Assembly (NCBI GenBank): GCA_964016885.1
Contig: OZ024743.1
Span: 348,502,001 to 348,566,000, forward strand
From: Eledone cirrhosa
Taxonomy: Eukaryota
Direction: 5' to 3'
DNA: 64,000 nucleotides
Each line of letters opens with the position of its first letter. Positions within the stretch are counted from its first letter, which is position 1. The translations under genes were made by a program, and so were the position numbers. Positions 55,658-64,000 of this stretch are shown here, in pieces. Under the pieces are notes generated by a model that saw nothing but the letters and a program-made list of their open reading frames with translations, did not search any database and was not told the DNA's origin.

Positions 55658-55660
<3 letters not shown>
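53068..55660 (-). mobile_element. Young 5'-truncated R4/Dong-type LINE in (TAA)n
   Basis: Uninterrupted ORF, ~140-bp 3'UTR, (TAA)n at both junctions. Confidence 0.95.
53209..55626 (-). CDS. RT + CCHC finger + PD-(D/E)xK restriction-like endonuclease (N-terminally truncated; the listed start is not the native start)
   Basis: NYRPITCL, WIDYKKAFDS, GIFQGDSLSP, YMDDLK, CRVC..ETIDHIISMC, RHD, RPDII, IDMSVP, KLSKY. Confidence 0.95.
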   Translation of the reverse strand: MQEFWEKIWAEEKVHNIHAPWIDRQMKETAHLEEQTWENITVEQLRLALRKTSKWKSPGKDKIQNFWINAFTESHELLAQLYNEIVKEPEKIPSWLVNGITFLLPKNDETNNPKNYRPITCLTTMYKILTSVLTEYTYDHLITNDLFPIEQKGCKRGSYGCKDQLLVNKMILEDCHNRHKNLSIAWIDYKKAFDSLPHSWIEKCLAIFKISPVVRRFLSFSMRTWRTTLLLNSETKSLEAGEVNINCGIFQGDSLSPLLFCIALIPLSKMLNETKHGYRVYDKTINHLFYMDDLKLFAKNDEQLQGLLSTVKQFSDDIKMEFGLDKCTKATFTRGKLLKSSDINLDRRNVIRELDQEQTYKYLGVCEGDGIKHSTIRERIRKECYRRVRANLRTELNARNRIDAINTLAIPVVTYSYNVINWSSTEIRRLDTKIRKFLTMHGMHHPKADIDRIYLPRKEGGRGLIQLDIALKTATIGLSTYLRESHDWMIKLVLKHESTKRSYSITKDAQRYSNGLQISEVPFTAEMENTEKAKQVKVTAKKELLQKLAKKWQEKPLYGKYPERANNPDVDKTLTHQWLASSGLKSETEGLIISAQDQCLPTKNYQANIIKNGCSPLCRVCKKQPETIDHIISMCSPIAPTEYLNRHDRAAQYIHWIMCKHFDLPHQKNWWEHQPPPILEKDHISILWNFSIQTDRKIDANRPDIILKDFQRRVCLLIDMSVPIDKNVSIKTFEKLSKYKDLEIEIGKMWKLRTKTIPVVVGVLGMIPKGSKDYLSHIPGNPRIGEIQKIVLMGTAHILRKILSI

Positions 55661-55718
<58 letters not shown>

Positions 55719-55927
55719 GGCGACCTACGTAGGAAATCGTATTATCGTGAGCTCCGCAAAGGTTTGTTATTTCCGTTTGTTTAAAAATTGCCATTTATGG
55801 AAAATTTTATTGTAAACTGTTTATAAGCACACATACATTGTTTTCCGAAAAGGACACCCAAAAAGATTGGGGCCTTGTGCCCAAAATTTTAACTTTTATT
55901 ATTATCCAAAAATTTCTTTGAAAAAAA

Positions 55928-56512
55928 ATGGCTAATTCCCCTCTGCACGAAGCAGCTGAAAGCCTCCCTCACAAAATAACACCTCACACCGACACCACCA
56001 TTGTAAATGTTACTTCGTTTGCCAACACAAAAAAAAATATAAGCAGTAGCAATATTTTAAATTTGTCTCAGGCAGACATTCATTTCCCGCCATTACCAAT
56101 GACTGCAGGTGTTAAACCCTCCACCACCACCACCACCGCAACAACCACCACCACCACCACCACCACCACCGCGACAACAGAAACAAAAGAAGAAAAAAAT
56201 AAATTAACTCGTGACGTCGAAATGAAATCAAGCAAAATGGACTCTTCCCCACCAAAGACGACTGACGTCACAACCACCACAACTGAAAATAAAATTAATA
56301 TTAACGATAGCAACAACAACAATGACATTATAAAACCGACCCTCAGTTTCGCCATCGTAGCAAAACAATTCGAAGCGTTCTCGGTAACCCAAGAAGATTT
56401 AGAAAATGCCAAACAAATGGTAAAGAAAGATGGGTACAGGGTCAGCCTCACCCCCCCCCACCTAATAAAATGGAGCATCGGCGCCTGTGCACCGTGTCGT
56501 ATAGAACAATAA
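55928..56512 (+). CDS. ORF1a: Thr/Asn-rich N-terminal part of ORF1
   Basis: Strong-context ATG (aaaATGg); open in both copies; PTLSFA resembles the S(Y/F)A motif of LINE ORF1 N-termini. Confidence 0.65.
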   Translation: MANSPLHEAAESLPHKITPHTDTTIVNVTSFANTKKNISSSNILNLSQADIHFPPLPMTAGVKPSTTTTTATTTTTTTTTTATTETKEEKNKLTRDVEMKSSKMDSSPPKTTDVTTTTTENKININDSNNNNDIIKPTLSFAIVAKQFEAFSVTQEDLENAKQMVKKDGYRVSLTPPHLIKWSIGACAPCRIEQ

Positions 56513-57921
56513 ATGTAAAATCGCGCCGAGTGGAACGGGCATCCGAGTCCCAAATCCAAAAAGCTTTGGGACATGTGTGGGCAAGAAAAACCCACATCAG
56601 ACGTGGGCAAAAGTATGGAACCGTGGATGTGTTCTTTGAAACACCAGAGGAGGCTAGAGAACACTCCATGGCCCCATTAAAAAGTGACGACCTCACACTC
56701 GTCCCAAGCTATTGTGGCCAGAGACTCGTAAAGATCAGGGTGACCCACGTTCCACCGGCCATCGAAATTCCCTGGCTAATAGCGGCTGTCCTCACCGGCA
56801 TCGAAGCGAACGCGAAAATAATAGCAGTAGCAAAAGAAAAGCAGGAAAACTGGTCCGGATCTGGGATGGAGCTCCTGATCCAAGCGGACCAAAAAAGCAT
56901 TGAGGAGATCCCAGAGGTAATAGACCTCACTGACGGCAGCCACCTCACGGTAATTGTCGAGGGCAGAAGACCTAGGTGTGTCGTTTGTGGTGAAGGAACC
57001 CACCTAAGGGCTTTCTGCCCTCAGGCTAAAAGGTTGAGGCCACCTCTCCTACCCACCCCAGTGACAAAACCATCAACACCACCAGTAGCAGAGATGGCAG
57101 CAACAACTGTAGCAGCAACAACAGAAGCAACTATAACAGCAACAACCCCAGCAACAGTAGCAAAACCAACACCACTACCACCACCAGCAAAACCAACACC
57201 ACCACCACCCAACGCTTCAGAACTAGCACCAGCGCCTACACCATCCACCACACCACAACCAAAACTAACGGCTGTGGAGGATTTTCCACTCCCCGGCCTA
57301 TCACAACTGGAGACAGATTGTGACGACGAGGAGTGGGAAACGATATCCGGAAAAAAAAAAAAAAGAAACCAACAAAGAAAAAATTCTCTTCCTTCCCCCT
57401 CCAAAAACAAAATACAGAGGGATACAAATAAACTAAGAAACAAAAAAGTTAGGACAGATATGCCACCATCCACACCAGCATCACCAACCCCATCAACCCA
57501 AACACCAACACCATCACCATCATTAACTCCAACACCACCATCACCTACACCACAAAAGTCACCAAAATTCGAAACAGAAACAAACCCACAACAAACGCAA
57601 ACAAAACAAAACAACCAAAACGATACACACTACACAGCATTAAATTTGAACAACAAGCAATTATTACACTACATCCAACACAACACCAGCATCACAGAAA
57701 AAGACTACACAACAACCCCAAAATTCACACCACCTCCACACATACAAATCACTCGCATCACACAGAAAACGTACATGACACTAAAACAAAAATTCCCCAA
57801 AGACATCGGAGACTTCCGACAAGCACTCTCCAGGAGAATTTATAAGGACATCCTTCCTGAGGAGGCCACAAGCAGTGAAAAGGATGGAAAAGCCGTCCTT
57901 CCCCTACGAGAAGTAAGGTAA
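56470..57921 (+). CDS. ORF1b: gag-like nucleic-acid-binding protein with CCHC knuckle and Pro/Thr-rich tail
   Basis: CVVCGEGTHLRAFC = CX2CX4HX4C; WETISGKKKKR basic motif; open in both copies. Confidence 0.88.
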   Translation: MEHRRLCTVSYRTINVKSRRVERASESQIQKALGHVWARKTHIRRGQKYGTVDVFFETPEEAREHSMAPLKSDDLTLVPSYCGQRLVKIRVTHVPPAIEIPWLIAAVLTGIEANAKIIAVAKEKQENWSGSGMELLIQADQKSIEEIPEVIDLTDGSHLTVIVEGRRPRCVVCGEGTHLRAFCPQAKRLRPPLLPTPVTKPSTPPVAEMAATTVAATTEATITATTPATVAKPTPLPPPAKPTPPPPNASELAPAPTPSTTPQPKLTAVEDFPLPGLSQLETDCDDEEWETISGKKKKRNQQRKNSLPSPSKNKIQRDTNKLRNKKVRTDMPPSTPASPTPSTQTPTPSPSLTPTPPSPTPQKSPKFETETNPQQTQTKQNNQNDTHYTALNLNNKQLLHYIQHNTSITEKDYTTTPKFTPPPHIQITRITQKTYMTLKQKFPKDIGDFRQALSRRIYKDILPEEATSSEKDGKAVLPLREVR

Positions 57922-57955
57922 GTGGTCTTTCCCATCTTTTCCACTCCTTTTCAAC

Positions 57956-60900
57956 ATGACCTCACTCAGAATAGGCAGCATAAATGCGCGTGGATTGGGG
58001 TCGTCATGGAAGCAGGGCCACCTGCTCAACGACCTCAGGTCACTAAACATAGATGTAGTGGCCATCAGCGAGACCAGAATCTCCGAAGCACAGGCTTTCG
58101 CACCGATCTTCGGCGGCTACGATGTGTACGCATCTCCCAGCCGTCCGGGATCGGGGGGAGGAGTTGCTGTGCTTTTTCCGAGAGGTTTGGATCTTGCCAT
58201 ACGGGCCATCTTCCTGGACCCAGAAGGTAAGTTGGTGGTGCTGGACGTGACCAGCGGAGACGGGCAAGCTTTCAGGTTAGTGGCCGTCTATGCCCCTACA
58301 GGAGCAGGGCGGCCTGATTTCTTCCGGCGTCTGGAGACCTTTCTTGGAACGTCCCGCTCTTTAGTGTTAGTGGGCGACTGGAACGGGATCTTAGATGCAC
58401 GCTGGGATTGTGTGGGATTAGTGGATAGGGAAGGAGGGTGCAAGAGTCTCACCAACCTGCTCAGACGTTTTGAACTGTCTGACAGGTACCGAATGGATTT
58501 CCCGAATGTACCAATGTGGACTTGGACAAATCGCATAGGGTCATCCAGATCATATCTAGATAGAGTATTTTGTAGGGAAATAGATAGGTCTAGCATAGGC
58601 TGTCCACAATTCAAGATAGTCAGCTACACGGACCACAAATTCGTGATCTGTGTGCTTGACTTAGCTAGGCTTCATAGACGAGGACCCGGCTACTGGAAGC
58701 TAAACGCGTCCTTACCAGCGCGCAAGGCCTACAGAGACCGGATTAGCGAACTAGTTAAGCGGGCGTTGACGGGGGCCATCGTCAACAACAAGTGGTGGTT
58801 TGCTCTGAAAAGAGCAATTAGAATAGAGTCCATTAGGTTTAGTATGACTTTAGCAATAGAGAAAAATAGAGCAGAGGGAGAATTAGTTAGAAAATTAGAT
58901 GAGGCGCTTAGCAAAGGCATCGCGACCGACGTACTTGCGGCGAAATTGGCCCTTGACCAATTCTTCAATGCAAAGCACGAAGGCTGCGTTGTCAGAGCTA
59001 GGGTGCGTGCTCTCAGACACGAGGGGACGAAAGCCGTTCAATGGGCCCGAGTGGCGGAGGCGCGTCGTGGCAACAAAGCCACGATCCGGTCTTTGGTGGA
59101 CCACGACGGGCGCATGCTACTCGATCCCGGGCAAATGTGTGAAGCTTTTGAGCGACACTTCGCTCAACTGTTCGGGGGCAGTGGCGGGCCGGATCGAGGG
59201 ATGGACTTTAGTGTCTACCTCGACGGACTGCCGCGGCTTTCGGCCACTGAGGCGGAGTGTTGCGAAAAGCCGATAACAACCGCTGAAGTACGGGATGCAA
59301 TGACTAGTTGCACAAGGGGCAAATCGCCTGGTTTGGATGGTCTGCCCTATGAACTTTACGTACAAATGCCAAACTTGTTCGGAGGCCTCTTGGCGGACGT
59401 CTACTGCAACTGGCAACAGAACGGGAGAATTCCCAGCTCTGTGAGCCGAGGAGCGGTGGCGCTGCTGAGAAAGGATCCGAACAAGGGGGATAACATAGAT
59501 AATTTTAGGCCCATAACTCTGCTAAACACAGAGTTCAAGATTTTGGCCAAGGTGCTAGCAAAGAGGTTGGCGCTTGTCGTTGGTGGTCTGGTGGGAGAGG
59601 CACAGACATGCGCCATTCCCGACAGATCCATCCACGACAACCTCCACCTCATGCGATACATCGTAGAGAGGGTAGCTAAGGAACCTGGCACGGGTGGGTC
59701 TTTGATCAATTTAGATCAGTCGAAAGCCTTCGATAGGATCGACCATCGTTACCTAGCGGCAGTCCTGAAGGCGGCTGGCTTTGGGCCCGTCTTCAGAGGC
59801 TGGATCGCTGCCATGCACAGCGACATCTGCTCTGTAGTGAGAGTGAACGGTCACCTTTTGGAACCGTTCAACATCATGCGCTCGGTCCGCCAAGGATGTC
59901 CCCTCTCGTCCCTATTGTACGTATTGACTCTCGAGCCATTACTGCACAAACTGCAGACGTTGAGGCGGGTACCGCGCGAACTAGGATGCGGAAGATCCGT
60001 GTCAGCATATGCCGACGATGTCACCGTATTGGTGTCGAGCGCCAAACACATCGAGGCGATCGGCACTACACTAAGAGAATACGAAGCGGTGACAGGAGCA
60101 ATGATCAACCAGGAAAAGTCAGTGGGCCTGCAGCTCGGTACCTGGAGAGGCAGGTCCATGCCGTCCAACAGCGTCGTCGGGCGCTGGACGGACGGACCGG
60201 TTAAATTGCTAGGGGTCTGGTTCGGTTCAGACCTCCAGACGGACAAAAACTGGGACGAGGTGACGAGCAGGGTGGCTTCTCTCACCCAGAAATGGGCCGA
60301 GAGGAAGCTATCCCTGAAAGGTCGAGCGGAGGTGGCGAATGCGTACATCGCATCCGTCATCTACTACCGCCTGACCGTCGTACCTTGTCCTAAGCCCCGC
60401 CTGACTGCGCTGGAGCGTTTGCTCTTTCGCTTCTTGTGGAAGGGACGCGCTGCGATGGTCAGGCGGTCCATCTGCTGTCAACACCCGCTACGTGGAGGGC
60501 TGGGCATGCCGTGGCTGATGATGCGCAGACACGCGCTCAGGCTACGACATCTCCACCTCTTCCTCGACGGTGATCAGGTGTGGTCGCCGTTTGCAAGACA
60601 CGTTTTTCCCCAGCTCGTCTCCTTGACGGAGCTGCAGTCCTGGGTCAAGCGAAGACCGAGAGGGAGCGCTTGGAGACTGGAATGTCTTCAGGCGCTCACA
60701 GCCCTCGACCAATCGGGCAATGTGATCGGTGGAAACTCCACCTTGGCGTTCTATAGGGGATTAGTGGAGGGGAAGAGCGACGACGTACTTGGAGAAACTC
60801 TAGGCGTCGACGAAAATCAACTAGCCAATCTCTTCGGAAGGACTTTCGGGCCGGGGCCTATGGACAACTTCCAGAAATCCCTGGCCTGGCAGTGCTACCG

Positions 60901-61375
60901 AGGAGCTTTGCCAGTTCGGGATAAACTCTACAGGCATGGAGGTGCCGTCAGCCGGGCATGTCCGAGATGCGCGCAGGGCGACGAAACCGTCCTGCACGCA
61001 CTCGTCCAGTGTCCGAGCATTGCTGACTTGTGGGTTTATGTCGAACACCTGCTGTCACGTGTAGGACGGATCCAGCTATCAGCTGAGTCCATCGTGAGGA
61101 TTGCCCCGCCCCCTTCCTTTAGCCTGGAAGGGCAGGCAGTTTTTATCTGTCTGGTGGCCATGGCGAAAGAGATAGTATGGTGGACACGTTTGAAAGGGCT
61201 GAAGACGAGCACTTACCTCTTCGGTGATGCCCTGATTAACTTTTTCAAATTTCATTTGAAAAGGAAAATCAGGGTAGAGAGGGAAGTGCTCTCTTCCCAG
61301 CATTTGGTTGAAAGATGGGTGAGAGAAGCAAGTATGGCCCGAATGAATGGGCCTTCTCTGAGTATGTGTCTGTAA
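57956..61375 (+). CDS. ORF2: APE endonuclease + reverse transcriptase + C-terminal zinc finger
   Basis: SINARGL, ISET, VYAP, GDWN, YLDR, TDH; FRPITLLN, DQSKAFD, VRQGCPLS, YADD; CPRC..ETVLHALVQC; 1139 aa uninterrupted. Confidence 0.97.
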   Translation: MTSLRIGSINARGLGSSWKQGHLLNDLRSLNIDVVAISETRISEAQAFAPIFGGYDVYASPSRPGSGGGVAVLFPRGLDLAIRAIFLDPEGKLVVLDVTSGDGQAFRLVAVYAPTGAGRPDFFRRLETFLGTSRSLVLVGDWNGILDARWDCVGLVDREGGCKSLTNLLRRFELSDRYRMDFPNVPMWTWTNRIGSSRSYLDRVFCREIDRSSIGCPQFKIVSYTDHKFVICVLDLARLHRRGPGYWKLNASLPARKAYRDRISELVKRALTGAIVNNKWWFALKRAIRIESIRFSMTLAIEKNRAEGELVRKLDEALSKGIATDVLAAKLALDQFFNAKHEGCVVRARVRALRHEGTKAVQWARVAEARRGNKATIRSLVDHDGRMLLDPGQMCEAFERHFAQLFGGSGGPDRGMDFSVYLDGLPRLSATEAECCEKPITTAEVRDAMTSCTRGKSPGLDGLPYELYVQMPNLFGGLLADVYCNWQQNGRIPSSVSRGAVALLRKDPNKGDNIDNFRPITLLNTEFKILAKVLAKRLALVVGGLVGEAQTCAIPDRSIHDNLHLMRYIVERVAKEPGTGGSLINLDQSKAFDRIDHRYLAAVLKAAGFGPVFRGWIAAMHSDICSVVRVNGHLLEPFNIMRSVRQGCPLSSLLYVLTLEPLLHKLQTLRRVPRELGCGRSVSAYADDVTVLVSSAKHIEAIGTTLREYEAVTGAMINQEKSVGLQLGTWRGRSMPSNSVVGRWTDGPVKLLGVWFGSDLQTDKNWDEVTSRVASLTQKWAERKLSLKGRAEVANAYIASVIYYRLTVVPCPKPRLTALERLLFRFLWKGRAAMVRRSICCQHPLRGGLGMPWLMMRRHALRLRHLHLFLDGDQVWSPFARHVFPQLVSLTELQSWVKRRPRGSAWRLECLQALTALDQSGNVIGGNSTLAFYRGLVEGKSDDVLGETLGVDENQLANLFGRTFGPGPMDNFQKSLAWQCYRGALPVRDKLYRHGGAVSRACPRCAQGDETVLHALVQCPSIADLWVYVEHLLSRVGRIQLSAESIVRIAPPPSFSLEGQAVFICLVAMAKEIVWWTRLKGLKTSTYLFGDALINFFKFHLKRKIRVEREVLSSQHLVERWVREASMARMNGPSLSMCL

Positions 61376-61634
61376 ATTAAAGGTGGAAAACTGGGAGAGG
61401 GCACTTGCCCTGGTGGTCACGGCCACTGTGGTCTTTTAATGGGCTTTCTCCACAAATGTCCCTTGGAAGTCTCCCCCCTATTGGGGAATTTTTCTTTGTT
61501 ATTTTATTTCAACCTCTGTTTTTTTACACGCAGAAATGCCCATTTGTACCGTCCTGTATTGTCCTGTACTGTCCTTAATGTCTACTTTATGTGAACCCTT
61601 GTGGTTAATAAAGAAAACATTATTATTATAATTA

Positions 61635-61666
<32 letters not shown>

Positions 61667-61875
61667 GGCGACCTACGTAGGAAATCGTATTATCGTGAGC
61701 TCCGCAAAGGTTTGTTATTTCCGTTTGTTTAAAAATTGCCATTTATGGAAAATTTTATTGTAAACTGTTTATAAGCACACATACATTGTTTTCCGAAAAG
61801 GACACCCAAAAAGATTGGGGCCTTGTGCCCAAAATTTTAACTTTTATTATTATCCAGAAATTTCTTTGAAAAAAA

Positions 61876-62457
61876 ATGGCTAATTCCCCTCTGCACGAAG
61901 CAGCTGAAAGCCTTTCTCACAAAATAACACCTCACACCGACACCACCATTGTAAATTTTACTACGTTTGCCAACACAAAAAAAAATATAAGCAGTAGCAA
62001 TATTTTAAATTTGTCTCAGGCAGACATTCATTTCCCGCCATTACCAATGACTGCAGGTGTTAAACCCTCCACCACCACCACCACCGCGACAACCACCACC
62101 ACCACCACCACCACCGCGACAACAGAAACAAAAGAAGAAAAAAATAAAGTAACTCGTGACGTCGAAATGAAATCAAGCAAAATGGACTCTTCCCCACCAA
62201 AGACGACTGACGTCACCACCACCACAACTGAAAATAAAATTAATATTAACGATAGCAACAACAACAACAATGACATTATAAAACCGACCCTCAGTTTCGC
62301 CATCGTAGCAAAACAATTCGAAGCGTTCACGGTAACTCAAGAAGATTTAGAAAATGCCAAACAAATGGTAAAGAAAGATGGGTACAGGGTCAGCCTCACC
62401 CCCCACCTAATAAAATGGAGCATCGGCGCCTATGCACCGTGTCGTATAGAACAATAA
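61876..62457 (+). CDS. ORF1a, copy 2
   Basis: 193 aa, near-identical to copy 1. Confidence 0.65.
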   Translation: MANSPLHEAAESLSHKITPHTDTTIVNFTTFANTKKNISSSNILNLSQADIHFPPLPMTAGVKPSTTTTTATTTTTTTTTATTETKEEKNKVTRDVEMKSSKMDSSPPKTTDVTTTTTENKININDSNNNNNDIIKPTLSFAIVAKQFEAFTVTQEDLENAKQMVKKDGYRVSLTPHLIKWSIGAYAPCRIEQ

Positions 62458-63863
62458 ATGTAAAATCGCGCCGAGTGGAACGGGCATCCGAGTCCCAAAT
62501 CCAAAAGGCTTTGGGACATGTGTGGGCAAGAAAAACCCACATCAGACGTGGGCAAAAGTATGGAACCGTGGATGTGTTCTTTGAAACACCAGAGGAGGCT
62601 AGAGAACACTCCATGGCCCCATTAAAAAGTGACGACTTCACACTCGTCCCAAGCTATTGTGGCCAGAGACTCGTAAAGATCAGGGTGACCCACGTTCCAC
62701 CGGCCATCGAAATTCCCTGGCTAATAGCGGCTGTCATCGCCGGCATCGAGGCCAACACGAAAATAATAACAATAGCAAAAGAAAAGCAGGAAAACTGGTC
62801 CGGATCTGGGATGGAGCTCCTGATCCAAGCGGACCAAAAAAGCATTGAGGAGATCCCAGAGGTAATAGACCTCACTGACGGTAGCCACCTCACGTTAATT
62901 GTCGAGGGCAGAAGACCTAGGTGTGTCGTTTGTGGTGAAGGAACCCACCTAAGGGCTTTCTGCCCTCAGGCTAAAAGGTTGAGGCCACCTCTCCTACCCA
63001 CCCCAGTGACACAACCATCAACACCACCAGTAGCAGAGATGCCAGCATCAACTGTAGCAGTAACAACAGAAGCAACTATAACAGCAACAACCCCAGCAAC
63101 AGTAGCAAAACCAACACCACTACCACCACCAGCAAAACCGACACCACCACCACCCAACGCTTCAGAACTAGCACCAGCGCCTACACCATCCATCACACCA
63201 CAACCAAAACTAACGGCTGTGGAGGATTTTCCACTCCCCGGCCTATCACAACTGGAGACAGATTGTGACGACGAGGAGTGGGAAACGATATCCGGAAAAA
63301 AAAAAAGAAACCAAAAAAGAAAAAATTCTCTTCCTTCCCCCTCCAAAAACAAAATACAGAGGGAAACAAATAAACTAAGAAACAAAAAAGTTAGGACAGA
63401 TATGCCACCATCCACACCAGCATCACCAACCCCATCAACCCAAACACCAACACCATCACCATCATTAACTCCAACACCACCATCACCTACACCACAAAAG
63501 TCACCAAAATGCGAAACAGAAACAGACCCACAACAAACGCAAACAAAACAAAACAACCAAAACGATACACACTACACAGCATTAAATTTGAACAACAAGC
63601 AATTATTGCACTACATCCAACACAACACCAGCATCACAGAAAAAAACTACACAACAACCCCAAAATTCACACCACCTCCACACATACAAATCACTCGCAT
63701 CACACAGAAAACGTACATGACACTAAAACAAAAATTCCCCAAAGACATCGGAGACTTCCGACAAGCACTCTCCAGGAGAATTTATAAGGACATCCTTCCT
63801 GAGGAGGCCACAAGCAGTGAAAAGGATGGAAAAGCCGTCCTTCCCCTACGAGAAGTAAGGTAA
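62415..63863 (+). CDS. ORF1b, copy 2
   Basis: 482 aa, CCHC knuckle intact. Confidence 0.88.
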   Translation: MEHRRLCTVSYRTINVKSRRVERASESQIQKALGHVWARKTHIRRGQKYGTVDVFFETPEEAREHSMAPLKSDDFTLVPSYCGQRLVKIRVTHVPPAIEIPWLIAAVIAGIEANTKIITIAKEKQENWSGSGMELLIQADQKSIEEIPEVIDLTDGSHLTLIVEGRRPRCVVCGEGTHLRAFCPQAKRLRPPLLPTPVTQPSTPPVAEMPASTVAVTTEATITATTPATVAKPTPLPPPAKPTPPPPNASELAPAPTPSITPQPKLTAVEDFPLPGLSQLETDCDDEEWETISGKKKRNQKRKNSLPSPSKNKIQRETNKLRNKKVRTDMPPSTPASPTPSTQTPTPSPSLTPTPPSPTPQKSPKCETETDPQQTQTKQNNQNDTHYTALNLNNKQLLHYIQHNTSITEKNYTTTPKFTPPPHIQITRITQKTYMTLKQKFPKDIGDFRQALSRRIYKDILPEEATSSEKDGKAVLPLREVR

Positions 63864-64000
63864 GTGGTCTTTCCCATCTTTTCCACTCCTTTTCAACATG
63901 ACCTCACTCAGAATAGGCAGCATAAATGCGCGTGGATTGGGGTCGTCATGGAAGCAGGGCCTAATGCTCAACGACCTCAGGTCACTAAACATAGATGTAG

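Larger units (their letters stand above)
55719..61618 (+). mobile_element. Full-length Tx1/L1-clade non-LTR retrotransposon, copy 1
   Basis: Starts GGCGACC right after (ATT)n; 5'UTR, ORF1a/1b, ORF2, 3'UTR with AATAAA at 61607; followed by (ATT)n. Confidence 0.95.
61667..64000 (+). mobile_element. Tx1/L1-clade element, tandem copy 2 (runs off the window)
   Basis: Same GGCGACC 5' end after (ATT)n; highly similar to copy 1; ORF2 ATG at 63898. Confidence 0.95.

Noticed and set aside
56080-63556. Antisense ORFs over the Tx1 copies (e.g. 57021-57614, 56080-56664)
   Set aside because: They are shadows of low-complexity or GC-rich sense ORFs; 56080-56664 is not intact in copy 2.

Overview
AT-rich eukaryotic non-coding DNA, most likely an octopus/cephalopod genome (inferred from the SINE families and the extreme (TA)n/(CA)n/(TATG)n/(TAA)n load). 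I found no convincing host gene; most ORF-track entries are microsatellite artefacts. The window is a patchwork of retroelements inserted into microsatellites. (1) A young, apparently intact Tx1/L1-clade LINE (55719-61618) is followed head-to-tail by a second copy, both in (ATT)n. Both copies have ORF1 split into two overlapping frames around a poly-C run. (2) R4/Dong-type RT + restriction-like-endonuclease LINEs sit in (TAA)n and (CATA)n. (3) At least three Penelope-like (PLE) lineages are present, several copies showing the inverted-3'-end architecture. (4) There are RTE LINE relics and a ~600-bp non-autonomous partner sharing an RTE 3' end. (5) There are many tRNA-derived SINEs and a non-autonomous Helitron. 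The most striking unannotated layer is about a dozen hammerhead-ribozyme motifs from at least six unrelated sequence families. These include non-canonical cores (U3-A8 swap, U4A, putative U2a insertion), and several lie in long near-perfect palindromes embedded in (TA)n. All folds were read by eye and are untested.
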